64,000 nucleotides of DNA from an uncultured Clostridia bacterium (GCA_934167835.1 CAKPLZ010000006.1:31510-95509); one strand, 5' to 3'. Shown: positions 1 through 9,243, counted from the stretch's first letter. Numbers and translations are program-made. Notes: a model not told the origin generated them from the letters alone.

Positions 1-251
1 AATACTGGATCTCCTTTAAGAGCTATTTGTTCTATATCAGAACCTAGAGCATAACCATCAACAGAATGTCTTTCGTTGTCCTCAATTATCCAATGTTCGT
101 CTGTTGTTTTAGCTCCATAACTGTTCTCTTTGGAAGTAATACCTTTTCCAAGAATTGACCAAGTCTTGCTTGTTTCAGTTGGTGTTGTGTTTAAGAAATT
201 AACCTTAGACGTATTATTTAATCTTTCTAATTTTACTTCTGTATCAGCCAT
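1..251 (-). CDS. Phage structural protein, N-terminal part (probable major tail protein; runs off the left edge)
   Basis: ATG at 251 preceded by AAGGAGG; open down to position 1; lies just downstream of the head-tail joining genes. Confidence 0.45.
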   Translation of the reverse strand, partial: MADTEVKLERLNNTSKVNFLNTTPTETSKTWSILGKGITSKENSYGAKTTDEHWIIEDNERHSVDGYALGSDIEQIALKGDPV

Positions 252-253
252 TT

Positions 254-679
254 TTAATCCTCCTTATAATATTTTAAATAACACTGAATACGATAAATAG
301 CCTCATTTGCATTAGTAGCATATATATAGCCATTTGTCGTTGCTCCAATTTCATATATTCCATCAATATTAGGATATACTTTATTTTTATTATTTTTTTC
401 TAACCAGTTTTTAAAATTCTCAAAAAACTTTGAATTATCTATATTGTTTTTGATATCTTCGTTCCAATATAATTTACTATCAAATGTAAATAAAAGCTGA
501 TAATCTCCGCCTATCACATATTTTTGAATTGTTGGGTCATACCCAGCGTTTTCGTTTATGGAATAAGTTTCTACTTTATCAGTTAAGTATTCTACATTTA
601 ATTCAGCATATTCTTTTAGATAAGGGCATTTACTAATATAGTCCCTTACTATATCTAGCATTGCTTTTTCTTCTGCCAT
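254..679 (-). CDS. Phage head-tail joining / tail-completion protein (hypothetical)
   Basis: 141-aa ORF tightly packed between structural genes; assignment by position only. Confidence 0.55.
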   Translation of the reverse strand: MAEEKAMLDIVRDYISKCPYLKEYAELNVEYLTDKVETYSINENAGYDPTIQKYVIGGDYQLLFTFDSKLYWNEDIKNNIDNSKFFENFKNWLEKNNKNKVYPNIDGIYEIGATTNGYIYATNANEAIYRIQCYLKYYKED

Positions 680-1128
680 TATTTATCTATCTCCTTTTGT
701 CCAGCGTTTAGTATATCTTCAAAGTGGTCTGCTAACATACGTTCTACGAAATGGTCTCCTCTTAAAGCTCCTCCATGATAATTAAGTTTTTGTCCACTCG
801 GAATTTTCTTTATTCCTGGTCTACTCCAGTATCTACCACTCACTGGGTCATGAAAAGCACCTTTTTTGTATTTAGGGTCAACATATAAAACACCTTCATT
901 TTGATAATGCGCATAAGGCTTGTTTATATTTATTTCCCCACTTCCCGGTTTGGTCGATTCATACATACTATTTATCAATTCGCCATCTTCTTGGGGCATA
1001 TACTTATCTACGTATCCCATAAAAGCGCTATCTATTACTTTTTGTGTTCTTCCGCCTTCAAGACCGTATTTGTCTACAATCTGTTGTTTTTGAACACCAC
1101 TAAAAGCTACAATATAATTCATTTTCAT
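679..1128 (-). CDS. Phage minor structural (head-tail joining) protein
   Basis: 149-aa ORF whose stop abuts the start of the next gene; synteny in the late operon. Confidence 0.55.
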   Translation of the reverse strand: MKMNYIVAFSGVQKQQIVDKYGLEGGRTQKVIDSAFMGYVDKYMPQEDGELINSMYESTKPGSGEININKPYAHYQNEGVLYVDPKYKKGAFHDPVSGRYWSRPGIKKIPSGQKLNYHGGALRGDHFVERMLADHFEDILNAGQKEIDK

Positions 1129-1131
1129 TTG

Positions 1132-1533
1132 CTAAGCACCTGTTACAGCAAAATGCCACATATCTTCGCTCCCATAGTCTTTTACAGCAATATTGGTTAT
1201 TTTCATAACATCTTGACCTTTTTTTTCTAACAAATCGTTTATTGTGGTAAAATTTTCTACTTTTCCTTTCACAAGGTAATCATTATTTTGCAAGGTCCAA
1301 GTTTTTTGTTCTTTTTCGAACTCGTGAGGGCTTTGATAATGCTCATTTCTATTGTCCTTAATTAAAATTCTCGTGGATAAACCATCGTTTTTAGTAAGCT
1401 GTGTACCATTAATTGTTATTCCAGAATTAGAACACCAAAAGCCCTTAATATAACTTAATTTATATTGGGGCTTGTGTTCTTCATCTATATACCTATTTAT
1501 AATTGTTATATCTTCATCAAACACATTGAACAC
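1132..1533 (-). CDS. Phage minor capsid / head-closure protein (hypothetical)
   Basis: 133-aa ORF overlapping the upstream gene by 17 nt; synteny. Confidence 0.55.
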   Translation of the reverse strand: MFNVFDEDITIINRYIDEEHKPQYKLSYIKGFWCSNSGITINGTQLTKNDGLSTRILIKDNRNEHYQSPHEFEKEQKTWTLQNNDYLVKGKVENFTTINDLLEKKGQDVMKITNIAVKDYGSEDMWHFAVTGA

Positions 1534-1939
1534 CTCGATTCAACAGTCCTGTTCCGCCTAGATAAGTGTTTGCTTCTTCATACATCTTGGCAGATACAAC
1601 ACTCTTTGAATTTTGTTCTATTAGTTCTTTATAAGATACGATTTCAAAGTTTCTTGAATAGTCTCCAACTTTTTCAGCTGTAACTATTTTACTGTCTGAG
1701 TTTACGAAAGCATTTATCTTTTCATCTCTTTTGTAAACTCCATATAATATATCTGCAATAGAGCAGATTGCTAACTTAACTTTTTCTGTATAGTTAACTC
1801 CATTATAATTTGAATAGTTCTTGTACAGAATAAGTCTGTTTAGCTCATTTTCTGCCCTACCAGACATTTTTTCAAATACTTCTTGAGGGATTGTAGTCCC
1901 CTTAAATTGATCCTTATAATAATCAAAATCTACTAACAT
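1517..1939 (-). CDS. Phage head-tail connector (gp6-like) protein
   Basis: 140-aa ORF directly downstream of the capsid gene, the usual connector slot. Confidence 0.5.
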   Translation of the reverse strand: MLVDFDYYKDQFKGTTIPQEVFEKMSGRAENELNRLILYKNYSNYNGVNYTEKVKLAICSIADILYGVYKRDEKINAFVNSDSKIVTAEKVGDYSRNFEIVSYKELIEQNSKSVVSAKMYEEANTYLGGTGLLNRGVQCV

Positions 1940-1964
1940 CTATATCCCTCCATCATAGTTTTTT

Positions 1965-3050
1965 CTAAGTTGCAGACCACACAGCGTATAATGTTGTATT
2001 TGCTGTTGGTGTATATGGGCTTGTTACATCTGGAGCAGATGCATTATTTGTTTTTGCCCATCCTTTAAATACAAGTTTGCCTGTTGGTCCAGTTAGTCCA
2101 GTACCATCACTTAGCTCTATAGAATTTCCTGCGACTACTGTTACTGGAGCAATGCTTCCTGTACCACCGCCTGCATTATAAGTAACTGTGTATTTAGTTA
2201 CTTGTTTTTTTTTAATAACAATTTGTTTAGAGTTAACTACTCTCATTGCAGTATTAAATTCAACTTGTGCTTTAGAACCTGCAAAGTTTTCGCTATCGAC
2301 TAAACGATATACAGCAAAGTTGTCTTCAAGCTTAAATGACTCGTGGTATCCACAAATCATTTCTACATCTGTTAAGTCTACAGTTCTTAAAGTTCCACTG
2401 TAGTCATAGTATTTTGCTGCAACTTTGTCAAAGCTATTACATTCAATTATAGCAAGCCCAAATCTCTTAACTAATTGTGCACTAACTATTGCTGGGTCAT
2501 CGGTTGTTTTTAAACCTAATGCTTGCAAAGCCACCGCAAATACAGATGTAGAAACAAGTAAGAAGTTAGCTTGCCCATGATTATCCTTAACTGCTTTTCT
2601 AATTGATGTGATTTTTTCAACAACATTAGAAGCAGTAGTTGCAGTTTTATCAGTTAAAACTGTACCTTCATATACCATACAAGCAAGTGCTGAATATCTA
2701 CGACCTTGCTTTGTAACGTTTAATGAATTTGCAAGATAAGCCTCACCCATATCAAATTTAACAGCGGCAGCTTGAACTCCATAGATTTTTCTTGATTTTT
2801 GGAAGTTGTTGTTGTATGATACTTGAATTAAGTCATCTTTTGCTGCTTCATCACTAAAATCTCTACCAGGTGTTCCTGGTTCAACTTCTGCACCATCACT
2901 TAATTTGTGTGCATAGTATCCTCCAGAAGGGCCCTCCACAATATCCTCACTGAATGTAACTCCTGGGATTAAAACTTCATCAGTGTATAAGTTTGGTTCT
3001 ATCGCTGAACGATAATTTTCATCAACATATTGGTTTCCGTATTTTGCCAT
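1965..3050 (-). CDS. Major capsid protein with C-terminal Listeria-Bacteroides repeat (Flg_new-like) domain
   Basis: 361-aa ORF immediately after the scaffold gene. The last ~75 aa (YTVTYNAGGG...FKGWAKT...TLYAVW) fit the Flg_new repeat pattern. Confidence 0.75.
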   Translation of the reverse strand: MAKYGNQYVDENYRSAIEPNLYTDEVLIPGVTFSEDIVEGPSGGYYAHKLSDGAEVEPGTPGRDFSDEAAKDDLIQVSYNNNFQKSRKIYGVQAAAVKFDMGEAYLANSLNVTKQGRRYSALACMVYEGTVLTDKTATTASNVVEKITSIRKAVKDNHGQANFLLVSTSVFAVALQALGLKTTDDPAIVSAQLVKRFGLAIIECNSFDKVAAKYYDYSGTLRTVDLTDVEMICGYHESFKLEDNFAVYRLVDSENFAGSKAQVEFNTAMRVVNSKQIVIKKKQVTKYTVTYNAGGGTGSIAPVTVVAGNSIELSDGTGLTGPTGKLVFKGWAKTNNASAPDVTSPYTPTANTTLYAVWSAT

Positions 3051-3066
3051 TTATAATCAATCCTTT

Positions 3067-3660
3067 CTATTTTTTATAATATGGATTATTAGCATACTTC
3101 TTATCTAAATATGCTTTATCCTCGCTAACACCTTGGCCAGCATTGTTTTGAGAAAACCCTGTTGTATTATTGGTTTTCTTGTCTTCCCCTTTTGCATATT
3201 TGGGATTATTCTTTAAGTAGCTTTCTAAATTATCACTAAAGTCTCCATCCATTTTACTAACTTTAAATTGTATAAACTCTGCATCATCATAGCTTATACC
3301 TTTTTTCATGATTTCTAACATTTGAGCTTGTACATTGCTGTTATCTTTTAGCCTTTGCATTTCAACAACTGCTTCTTGCTGTTTTTGGTCTGCAGATTTC
3401 TTTGATTCCTTCCAATCATTAAATTCTTTTATTTCATCTTTATTTGGAAGTCCTTTTGTTTTTCTAGCTACTTCATTTCTTAGAGCTTCATTAAACTCTT
3501 CTTGTGTGAATTTTTTTTCATTTTGTGTACCCGTTGTAGCAGTATTATCTGATTGATTTCCTGTTGCAATATTGTTTTCAGCTGAATTGTTTGGGACATT
3601 ATTATTTTGTGCTGCTTGTCCTCCTACAGCATTATTAGTACCATCGTTTGTATTTGGCAT
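3067..3660 (-). CDS. Capsid scaffolding protein
   Basis: N/Q/T-rich N-terminus followed by a highly charged helical region; sits between the MuF and capsid genes. Confidence 0.65.
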   Translation of the reverse strand: MPNTNDGTNNAVGGQAAQNNNVPNNSAENNIATGNQSDNTATTGTQNEKKFTQEEFNEALRNEVARKTKGLPNKDEIKEFNDWKESKKSADQKQQEAVVEMQRLKDNSNVQAQMLEIMKKGISYDDAEFIQFKVSKMDGDFSDNLESYLKNNPKYAKGEDKKTNNTTGFSQNNAGQGVSEDKAYLDKKYANNPYYKK

Positions 3661-3683
3661 ACTAAATTCTCCCTTCTTTAACG

Positions 3684-3764
3684 GTCTTTAAGTTGGACCA
3701 TTTCCATTCTTTTAAGTCTTTTATGTTGGACTGATATACATTCTTTTAAGCCTTTATGTTGGGC
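3684..3764. repeat. Three direct repeats (TCTTTTAAG-YCTTTATGTTGGRC-like) upstream of the scaffold gene
   Basis: Copies at 3684-3698, 3707-3731 and 3741-3764 share TCTTT(T)AAG and GTTGG(A/G)C cores. Confidence 0.7.
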
Positions 3765-3770
3765 ATAAAA

Positions 3771-3799
3771 AAATAAATGCGAAAAATTTCGCATTTATT
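3771..3799 (-). terminator. Intrinsic terminator hairpin inside the late operon
   Basis: AATAAATGCGAAA / TTTCGCATTTATT stem, followed by a T-run on the minus strand. Confidence 0.65.
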
Positions 3800-3878
3800 A
3801 ATTACCTTACCAATAGTTTTAGCTCATTTCGGAGCATAGCAAAAGAGCTATGTTTCCACAGCTCTTTTTTTGGTTATT

Positions 3879-3960
3879 TGGTAGGCGTGCCATTCTCCTA
3901 CATCTACTCGGGTTTCCCCTGTCTTGCCATCGGCGTGTGGTCGGCACGAAATTTACCACC
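3879..3960 (-). other. GC-rich, probably structured non-coding element (unknown RNA?)
   Basis: An ~80-nt island far more GC-rich than its surroundings. It has a closing helix CGTGCC/GGCACG (3886-3891/3943-3948) and a GGG-GAAA-CCC hairpin on the minus strand. No ORF. Confidence 0.4.
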
Positions 3961-3999
3961 TCAAATAACTACTCATATTGTATCTTAATTATAGCACCT

Positions 4000-5529
4000 T
4001 TATTCCTTTTTGTCTAGTTTTTTCCATAAAATTTCTTTATTCCTTAGTATTTGCCTATATGCTTTATCCTTTATTTTCCACAGTGTCAATATTGAATTTT
4101 GCTTATCTTTCAGAGTTTCATTTGTATTTAATTTAACGACTACTTGTATATTTCTCTCATTATCCTTTATTGTCTTCATAAATAGGACTGTATCAATATT
4201 TTTGCTGTCATTAACAACATATTCTGGGTCTTCAATTATATCTGATACATATTTTCCATAGTTTTCAAAATCTCCTGGGTGATGTTCCTTTACATGTTCA
4301 ATTCTTTCATCTGTCAACACAACCTCATCTGTAACTACCCTATCCTTATATTTTCCAAGTTTTTCTTTATCTAATTTACCTATGTGTTGCAATCGATTTT
4401 CCTCTTTTTCTACTTTTTTAGATATTATACCATCATTTTTTATTTTTTCAACATTTTCTCTTGAAAAATCCCTGCGCAAGTCGTTAGTTTCTGTGAATTT
4501 TTTATTCTTTAGTTGCCATTCTTTTACTTTATCTTTGCATTTTTCGTAGTATTCTTTATCCTCTGCTGTTTTAAAAACTCTTGCTTTTCTTTTCCATTTT
4601 CTTATATTTCTTTCTAAATATCTTTGTTTTTGTGTTAGTTCATATTGCTCTGTTGCCTTTTCAAATGTTATTGATTTGAGCTCTGAACCTCTTGCAGTTC
4701 CAAAATACGGTTTTGGATAGTGTTTACAATTTGGCCCCCCCATTCCATCTACATTTCCATATCCTGTTACTATTTCTATGTCTGTTCTTTTAATTATTGT
4801 GCCTTGCCATGGAAAATGCTGTGGTCTACAATCTATGTGTTCTGATAAAATCACATATTCCACTTCTAATTCTTCAGCTACGCTTTTATTTATTTCATTC
4901 ACAAGTTTGTTGTTCGCTGTTATAACTTCTCTTCTTACAGCCCCCTCGATGTCATAGTTTCTCAGTCCTACCACTTTGCCGTTATTATCTACAGTTTTGT
5001 AAGTTAAAGTGGTTATCCCTTGATTTCCTAAGTCCACAAGAGCATTTCTAACAGCCTCCTGGTATGTCATACCTGATGCTGTCTGCAAATATACTTTTTC
5101 AACTACATCAAGATAAGCTTGTCTTGCACTATTTTCTATTTTGTTACTTATACTTAAAAATCTATTTTCTAATTCATTATATGCATGCTCTATTAGGTTT
5201 TGAACTATTTGTTTTTCAAATAGAACACTTGGGTCTATTTGTAAATATCCGCCATTATATGCATTATTTAGTTCATTTATATTTAAGCTTTCAAATCCTA
5301 TTGTTTCCATTGCTTTCTTTATCTGTTCTGGTGTTTGTTTTGTTACTTCAGCTATATATTTTATAATATTATCATTTAGTAGTCCTAATTCTTCCAGCTT
5401 TTCTAATCTAAAATAGTCACTGTTTATGAACTCAGCATTTGACTTGAAATGTTTTACTATCTCCTCAAGCATCTTTGCCTCTAATTCAGAATAATTATCT
5501 ATTATATCTTTGAATGCTTTTTCATTCAT
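4000..5529 (-). CDS. MuF / SPP1 gp7-like minor head protein with C-terminal putative nuclease-toxin (PBECR-like) domain
   Basis: MuF core motifs CRPQHFPWQG and GGPNCKHY, then a coiled coil, then a distinct C-terminal ~120 aa (LTDERIEHVKEHHPGDFENY...). Confidence 0.75.
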   Translation of the reverse strand: MNEKAFKDIIDNYSELEAKMLEEIVKHFKSNAEFINSDYFRLEKLEELGLLNDNIIKYIAEVTKQTPEQIKKAMETIGFESLNINELNNAYNGGYLQIDPSVLFEKQIVQNLIEHAYNELENRFLSISNKIENSARQAYLDVVEKVYLQTASGMTYQEAVRNALVDLGNQGITTLTYKTVDNNGKVVGLRNYDIEGAVRREVITANNKLVNEINKSVAEELEVEYVILSEHIDCRPQHFPWQGTIIKRTDIEIVTGYGNVDGMGGPNCKHYPKPYFGTARGSELKSITFEKATEQYELTQKQRYLERNIRKWKRKARVFKTAEDKEYYEKCKDKVKEWQLKNKKFTETNDLRRDFSRENVEKIKNDGIISKKVEKEENRLQHIGKLDKEKLGKYKDRVVTDEVVLTDERIEHVKEHHPGDFENYGKYVSDIIEDPEYVVNDSKNIDTVLFMKTIKDNERNIQVVVKLNTNETLKDKQNSILTLWKIKDKAYRQILRNKEILWKKLDKKE

Positions 5530-5531
5530 AT

Positions 5532-6965
5532 TTATTCGACCTCTGCTACTTCTGTGCCATCCGTTATTGTTTCTTCAATTATTTCTTTATTCATTTGGGC
5601 TGCAAAGCTCAAGGCTTCTTTGTCTTTTAGTTTATACACATCTCTGTAATACTGTGCTTTACTAATAAGTTTATTGTTATATTCAGCCTGCGCTTGCTTT
5701 TGTGATTGTTCAGTATTTTCTATGATAGTATCATCATAAAACACAGACACACTGAATTTTGTTTTTATCCCTATTAGTTCTGCTATTGCATATATTAGAT
5801 TTGTAATTGCTTTAGTAATAATATTTTGTTGTTTTTTTATTTTTCTATATACATCCGAATTAGAACTTATTACATTATCCTGATTAACATATACTTGTCC
5901 ATCTTTGAATCTATAGTAATTATGCCCTAGCCCTACTTTACTTGATAATATATTTAAGTGATACTGTACAGCACTTGACAGTTCTTCAATTCTTAAATCA
6001 AATGTACTTTCTTTTATTGGCTCTTTAGTATCTTCTCCTGGTATTGCATAATAAACAATATCATTCGGGTCAAATATCGGAACTGGTTCTCCATTTTCGT
6101 TGGTGTTGAAATTAAGAGCCCCTTCAGTAACATACACCCTTTTCTTTCCTAATACGACCTCATTATCAAGGCTGTCATAAGCCCTATCTACCGCTAACAC
6201 AACATCTCCGGCATTAGCAAAACAGCTAATTCCATATGGGCTATTTATATCTAGGTTGTTTATCTCTGGTGTAAATAGCATACCAAATCTTGGTAAAAAA
6301 GAATTAGTTTCTATTTTTGCCATACCCCCTAGGTCTATATCTACAGAAAATCCATTTTTTTCAATTTTTTTTGAATTATATATTACATATCCATTTTTTT
6401 CTAAAATATGTAAATTAAATATATATTCATTACCATCTTTAGTTTTGGTTTGACTCCAAAACAAAACATCTATTACATCATCCGTATTTGCTTTTAAAAT
6501 TACTATATTTGGTGCTTTCATGTAATTAATTTTAAGAACTTTATTATCCAAATATGGTACAAATGCACCTGTTCCTAATGCTTTTACTAGCTGCAGAGTT
6601 TTATTACCATTGTGTAAGAAGTTATTTTGTTCTAAACAAGCGTTAATTTTTTCTTGAACTGCTTTATCGCTTATTGTTATATCTAATTTTTCATTAAAGA
6701 AAAAATCTGCTAAATCTCCACATACTTGACTTGGCATATTTAGAGACTTTATTTCATAATTTACAAAGTTTTTACCATTGTAAACCCTTAGATTATAGTC
6801 TTTAGTTTTGCCCTTATATATTTCTTGCCAATGCTTAACCCTGCTTTCCTGGTTCTCATCTATGCAATTCTCATAACCGAATTGTTTTAAATAATCCTTT
6901 ACTATTTTATCCATTAATCTTTTTCTCCTATCAAATGTGGTAATATCAACCTTAAATATTTCCAC
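5532..6965 (-). CDS. Portal protein (SPP1 gp6-like)
   Basis: 477-aa ORF between TerL and MuF; size and synteny. Confidence 0.8.
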   Translation of the reverse strand: MEIFKVDITTFDRRKRLMDKIVKDYLKQFGYENCIDENQESRVKHWQEIYKGKTKDYNLRVYNGKNFVNYEIKSLNMPSQVCGDLADFFFNEKLDITISDKAVQEKINACLEQNNFLHNGNKTLQLVKALGTGAFVPYLDNKVLKINYMKAPNIVILKANTDDVIDVLFWSQTKTKDGNEYIFNLHILEKNGYVIYNSKKIEKNGFSVDIDLGGMAKIETNSFLPRFGMLFTPEINNLDINSPYGISCFANAGDVVLAVDRAYDSLDNEVVLGKKRVYVTEGALNFNTNENGEPVPIFDPNDIVYYAIPGEDTKEPIKESTFDLRIEELSSAVQYHLNILSSKVGLGHNYYRFKDGQVYVNQDNVISSNSDVYRKIKKQQNIITKAITNLIYAIAELIGIKTKFSVSVFYDDTIIENTEQSQKQAQAEYNNKLISKAQYYRDVYKLKDKEALSFAAQMNKEIIEETITDGTEVAEVE

Positions 6966-8254
6966 ACGCCCATAACCACGTATCGTTCTGCATCAGAGCA
7001 GTGGTCATTTTCTTTTACTGGTTCCTCTACTCCTGCATCTAATTTGTCCTTGTTATATTCATACATATAGCGTTCTGCTATTAGATGCTTTTGTTTTGGG
7101 CTTAACTTTAATCTACAATAGCTCATCATTTTTTGAACTCTGCTTATTCCCAAGGCTACATCGTTATCTGCATTTAATACGGATACCTCTGGGCAAACTC
7201 TTTTTATTTCTTCTGCCAATCCTTTTGCACTTGGATCTAAAAAAAGAACAAGCAATTTCTTGCCTGTTTGCTTCTCAACCTCAGTCTTAAACTTTTTAAA
7301 TTCTTGTGCATACTCGCTTGGGCTTTTCTGTTTTCCTGCATCTCTGCCTGAATAATAATATTCATCAATTCCTCTTAGCATTTTATTTGCATAGTCGATA
7401 CCAAATACTTCAAAAGTAGTGGCATTCATCTGTCCATAGTCCCCACCCGCTGCAAGGAATTTCATATTTGCTATTTCTTCTTTAGTTGGTTCACTTACCA
7501 TTGTTGATTCATCGAACATATAATATATCAGTTCGTCTATTCCTGTACATTGCCCTAGCCATAGCCAGTTGTACATTTTTACGTCTAATATTCGTAGTTC
7601 TTCGGCTGATTCAATCAACTTTCGTCCAAGCCATTTTTCTGGTACATCTCTGTAATCTGTGTGTATTCTTATGCAATCTTTTCTTTGACACATCTTTTCA
7701 ACCCACTGCATTATTTTGGCTTTTGGGTTTTTAGGCGGATTGAAGTAGTATTCCATGCAGAACTCATCATCATTTCCCCTTATGAATGTGGCTTCAATGT
7801 TCTGAAGTTCATCTTCTCCTTCGCCTTTGTCAAAGAACTCAGTTGTTTCATCTACTATTACGAGTTTTATAGGTTTGTTTTCATCAATTATTCCTTTCGT
7901 ATCATCTAGCCCATCGTTTCCTGTAAAGATTACAGTGTTATTATTTTTCTTATATTTGATTTCCATCGGGCTTACTGTTATTTTAAAATCAGATTTTTTT
8001 AAGCCTAGCCTTGTAATAGCTCTTAAACATTCTTTAAATATTGTCTTTTTAAGCTTGTTGTGGAATTTTCTCATTGCAACAACACTGCAATTATTATCGC
8101 TCACTATCTTGTAGATTGCTTTTATCCCGCCTCTACTAGATTTGGTTCCTGCTCTTCCAGATGTGAAGATTTTATGTGTATGCTTTTTGTCGTTAAATGT
8201 TGAATAATATTTTGGTATTATTTCATCACTTAATCTAATCTGTTTCATCTTCAT
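6914..8254 (-). CDS. terL: Terminase large subunit
   Basis: N-terminal ATPase (GRAGTKSS Walker A-like, VIVDE Walker B) and a C-terminal nuclease region. Start chosen at MKMKQIRL. Confidence 0.85.
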   Translation of the reverse strand: MKMKQIRLSDEIIPKYYSTFNDKKHTHKIFTSGRAGTKSSRGGIKAIYKIVSDNNCSVVAMRKFHNKLKKTIFKECLRAITRLGLKKSDFKITVSPMEIKYKKNNNTVIFTGNDGLDDTKGIIDENKPIKLVIVDETTEFFDKGEGEDELQNIEATFIRGNDDEFCMEYYFNPPKNPKAKIMQWVEKMCQRKDCIRIHTDYRDVPEKWLGRKLIESAEELRILDVKMYNWLWLGQCTGIDELIYYMFDESTMVSEPTKEEIANMKFLAAGGDYGQMNATTFEVFGIDYANKMLRGIDEYYYSGRDAGKQKSPSEYAQEFKKFKTEVEKQTGKKLLVLFLDPSAKGLAEEIKRVCPEVSVLNADNDVALGISRVQKMMSYCRLKLSPKQKHLIAERYMYEYNKDKLDAGVEEPVKENDHCSDAERYVVMGVWKYLRLILPHLIGEKD

Positions 8255-8648
8255 CTCCTTCAAAATCTTGTGGCAAATCATTTATTATCTGCACTTTATC
8301 ATCATCTGTTGCTGTTTGTTCATCCTGAACAACTTTCCTAATTTCTTGAAATGCACTTACTTGATTTCTTCCATCTTTCAATGATGTCATCCAAAGTGAA
8401 ATCAACATGGCCATTTGGTTATCAATTTCATCTTCTTCAAATCCTAACTCGGCAAGCATTTTTGTTATTCTATTGCCATTTCTATCTTTACCTTTAAATG
8501 GCATTGACAACAGCATTTGCATTTGCTCTTTCATTGCTTTTCTTTGTCGTCTTACTTCTCCAGACCTTATACCACCCTGTCTAGCGTATTCTCTCTGTTC
8601 ACTCTTTGTTCGTTGTCCAAACGGTATTAAATTTTGTTCATTCGCCAT
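8235..8648 (-). CDS. terS: Terminase small subunit
   Basis: 137-aa basic N-terminus and acidic C-terminus; overlaps the TerL start. Confidence 0.7.
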   Translation of the reverse strand: MANEQNLIPFGQRTKSEQREYARQGGIRSGEVRRQRKAMKEQMQMLLSMPFKGKDRNGNRITKMLAELGFEEDEIDNQMAMLISLWMTSLKDGRNQVSAFQEIRKVVQDEQTATDDDKVQIINDLPQDFEGDEDETD

Positions 8649-8689
8649 CTACCTCCACCTACTTAGCTTTTTTGTAATATCCAATTTTA

Positions 8690-8720
8690 ATAAAAAGCCT
8701 GCTACTCTAAGATAGCAGGC
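8690..8720 (-). terminator. Intrinsic terminator upstream of terS
   Basis: GCCTGCTA/TAGCAGGC stem (8697-8720), followed by a T-run on the minus strand. Confidence 0.6.
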
Positions 8721-8818
8721 TCAAGGAAAGGAATACCAATGAGAAATCATATATACTTTTGCTTGTACTAATTATACCACACCAAAACCGGACAAACCGG
8801 ACAAACTGAAAATTTCTT

Positions 8819-9230
8819 TTATTTTTTTTGATTCTTTTCAAAATATCTTTCTAACTGCTTTCTTGCAGTATCTTCATGTTCATAGCCGCATTTCCATTTG
8901 AATTTGAACCCAAGTCATACAGTTAATGTATCTGTATTCTGCAATTCTTTTTATTTTCCTTGGTAGTTTATCTATTATCTCATCAGCTTTATCTATAAGG
9001 TCCAACAAGTTTTCTTGTTTTTCTCTAAGTTTTTCCTCCAATCTGTCGATTTTCGATAGCCTATTCAAGTCCACTCCCCTTATCACGGCATGTCTCTTAT
9101 AACCATTTTGAACTACATCAGATACTATTGCCGATTGATTTTCTATTTTTTCTAATCGTTTTTTTAAATTTTCAGACTCTTGTTTTAATTCATTGTATTG
9201 CTCTAATACACTTAAATCTTCTTTGGTCAT
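8819..9230 (-). CDS. ArpU/RinA-like late transcription regulator (sigma region-4-like); interrupted, needs a +1 shift at in-frame CGG 8888-8886
   Basis: Coiled-coil N-terminus then YINCMTWVQIQMEM. Frame 0 stops 2 codons after the CGG. The +1 frame continues GYEHEDTARKQLERYFEKNQKK and completes an HTH-like C-terminus. Confidence 0.6.
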
Positions 9231-9243
9231 TCTCAACACCACC

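Noticed and set aside
3879-3960. Possible tRNA or tRNA-like gene (the element ends ..CCUACCA on the minus strand and is ~82 nt long)
   Set aside because: It has no T-loop (GTTCRANYC) or D-loop consensus, and only a 5-bp imperfect acceptor pairing. It is kept only as an unexplained structured element.
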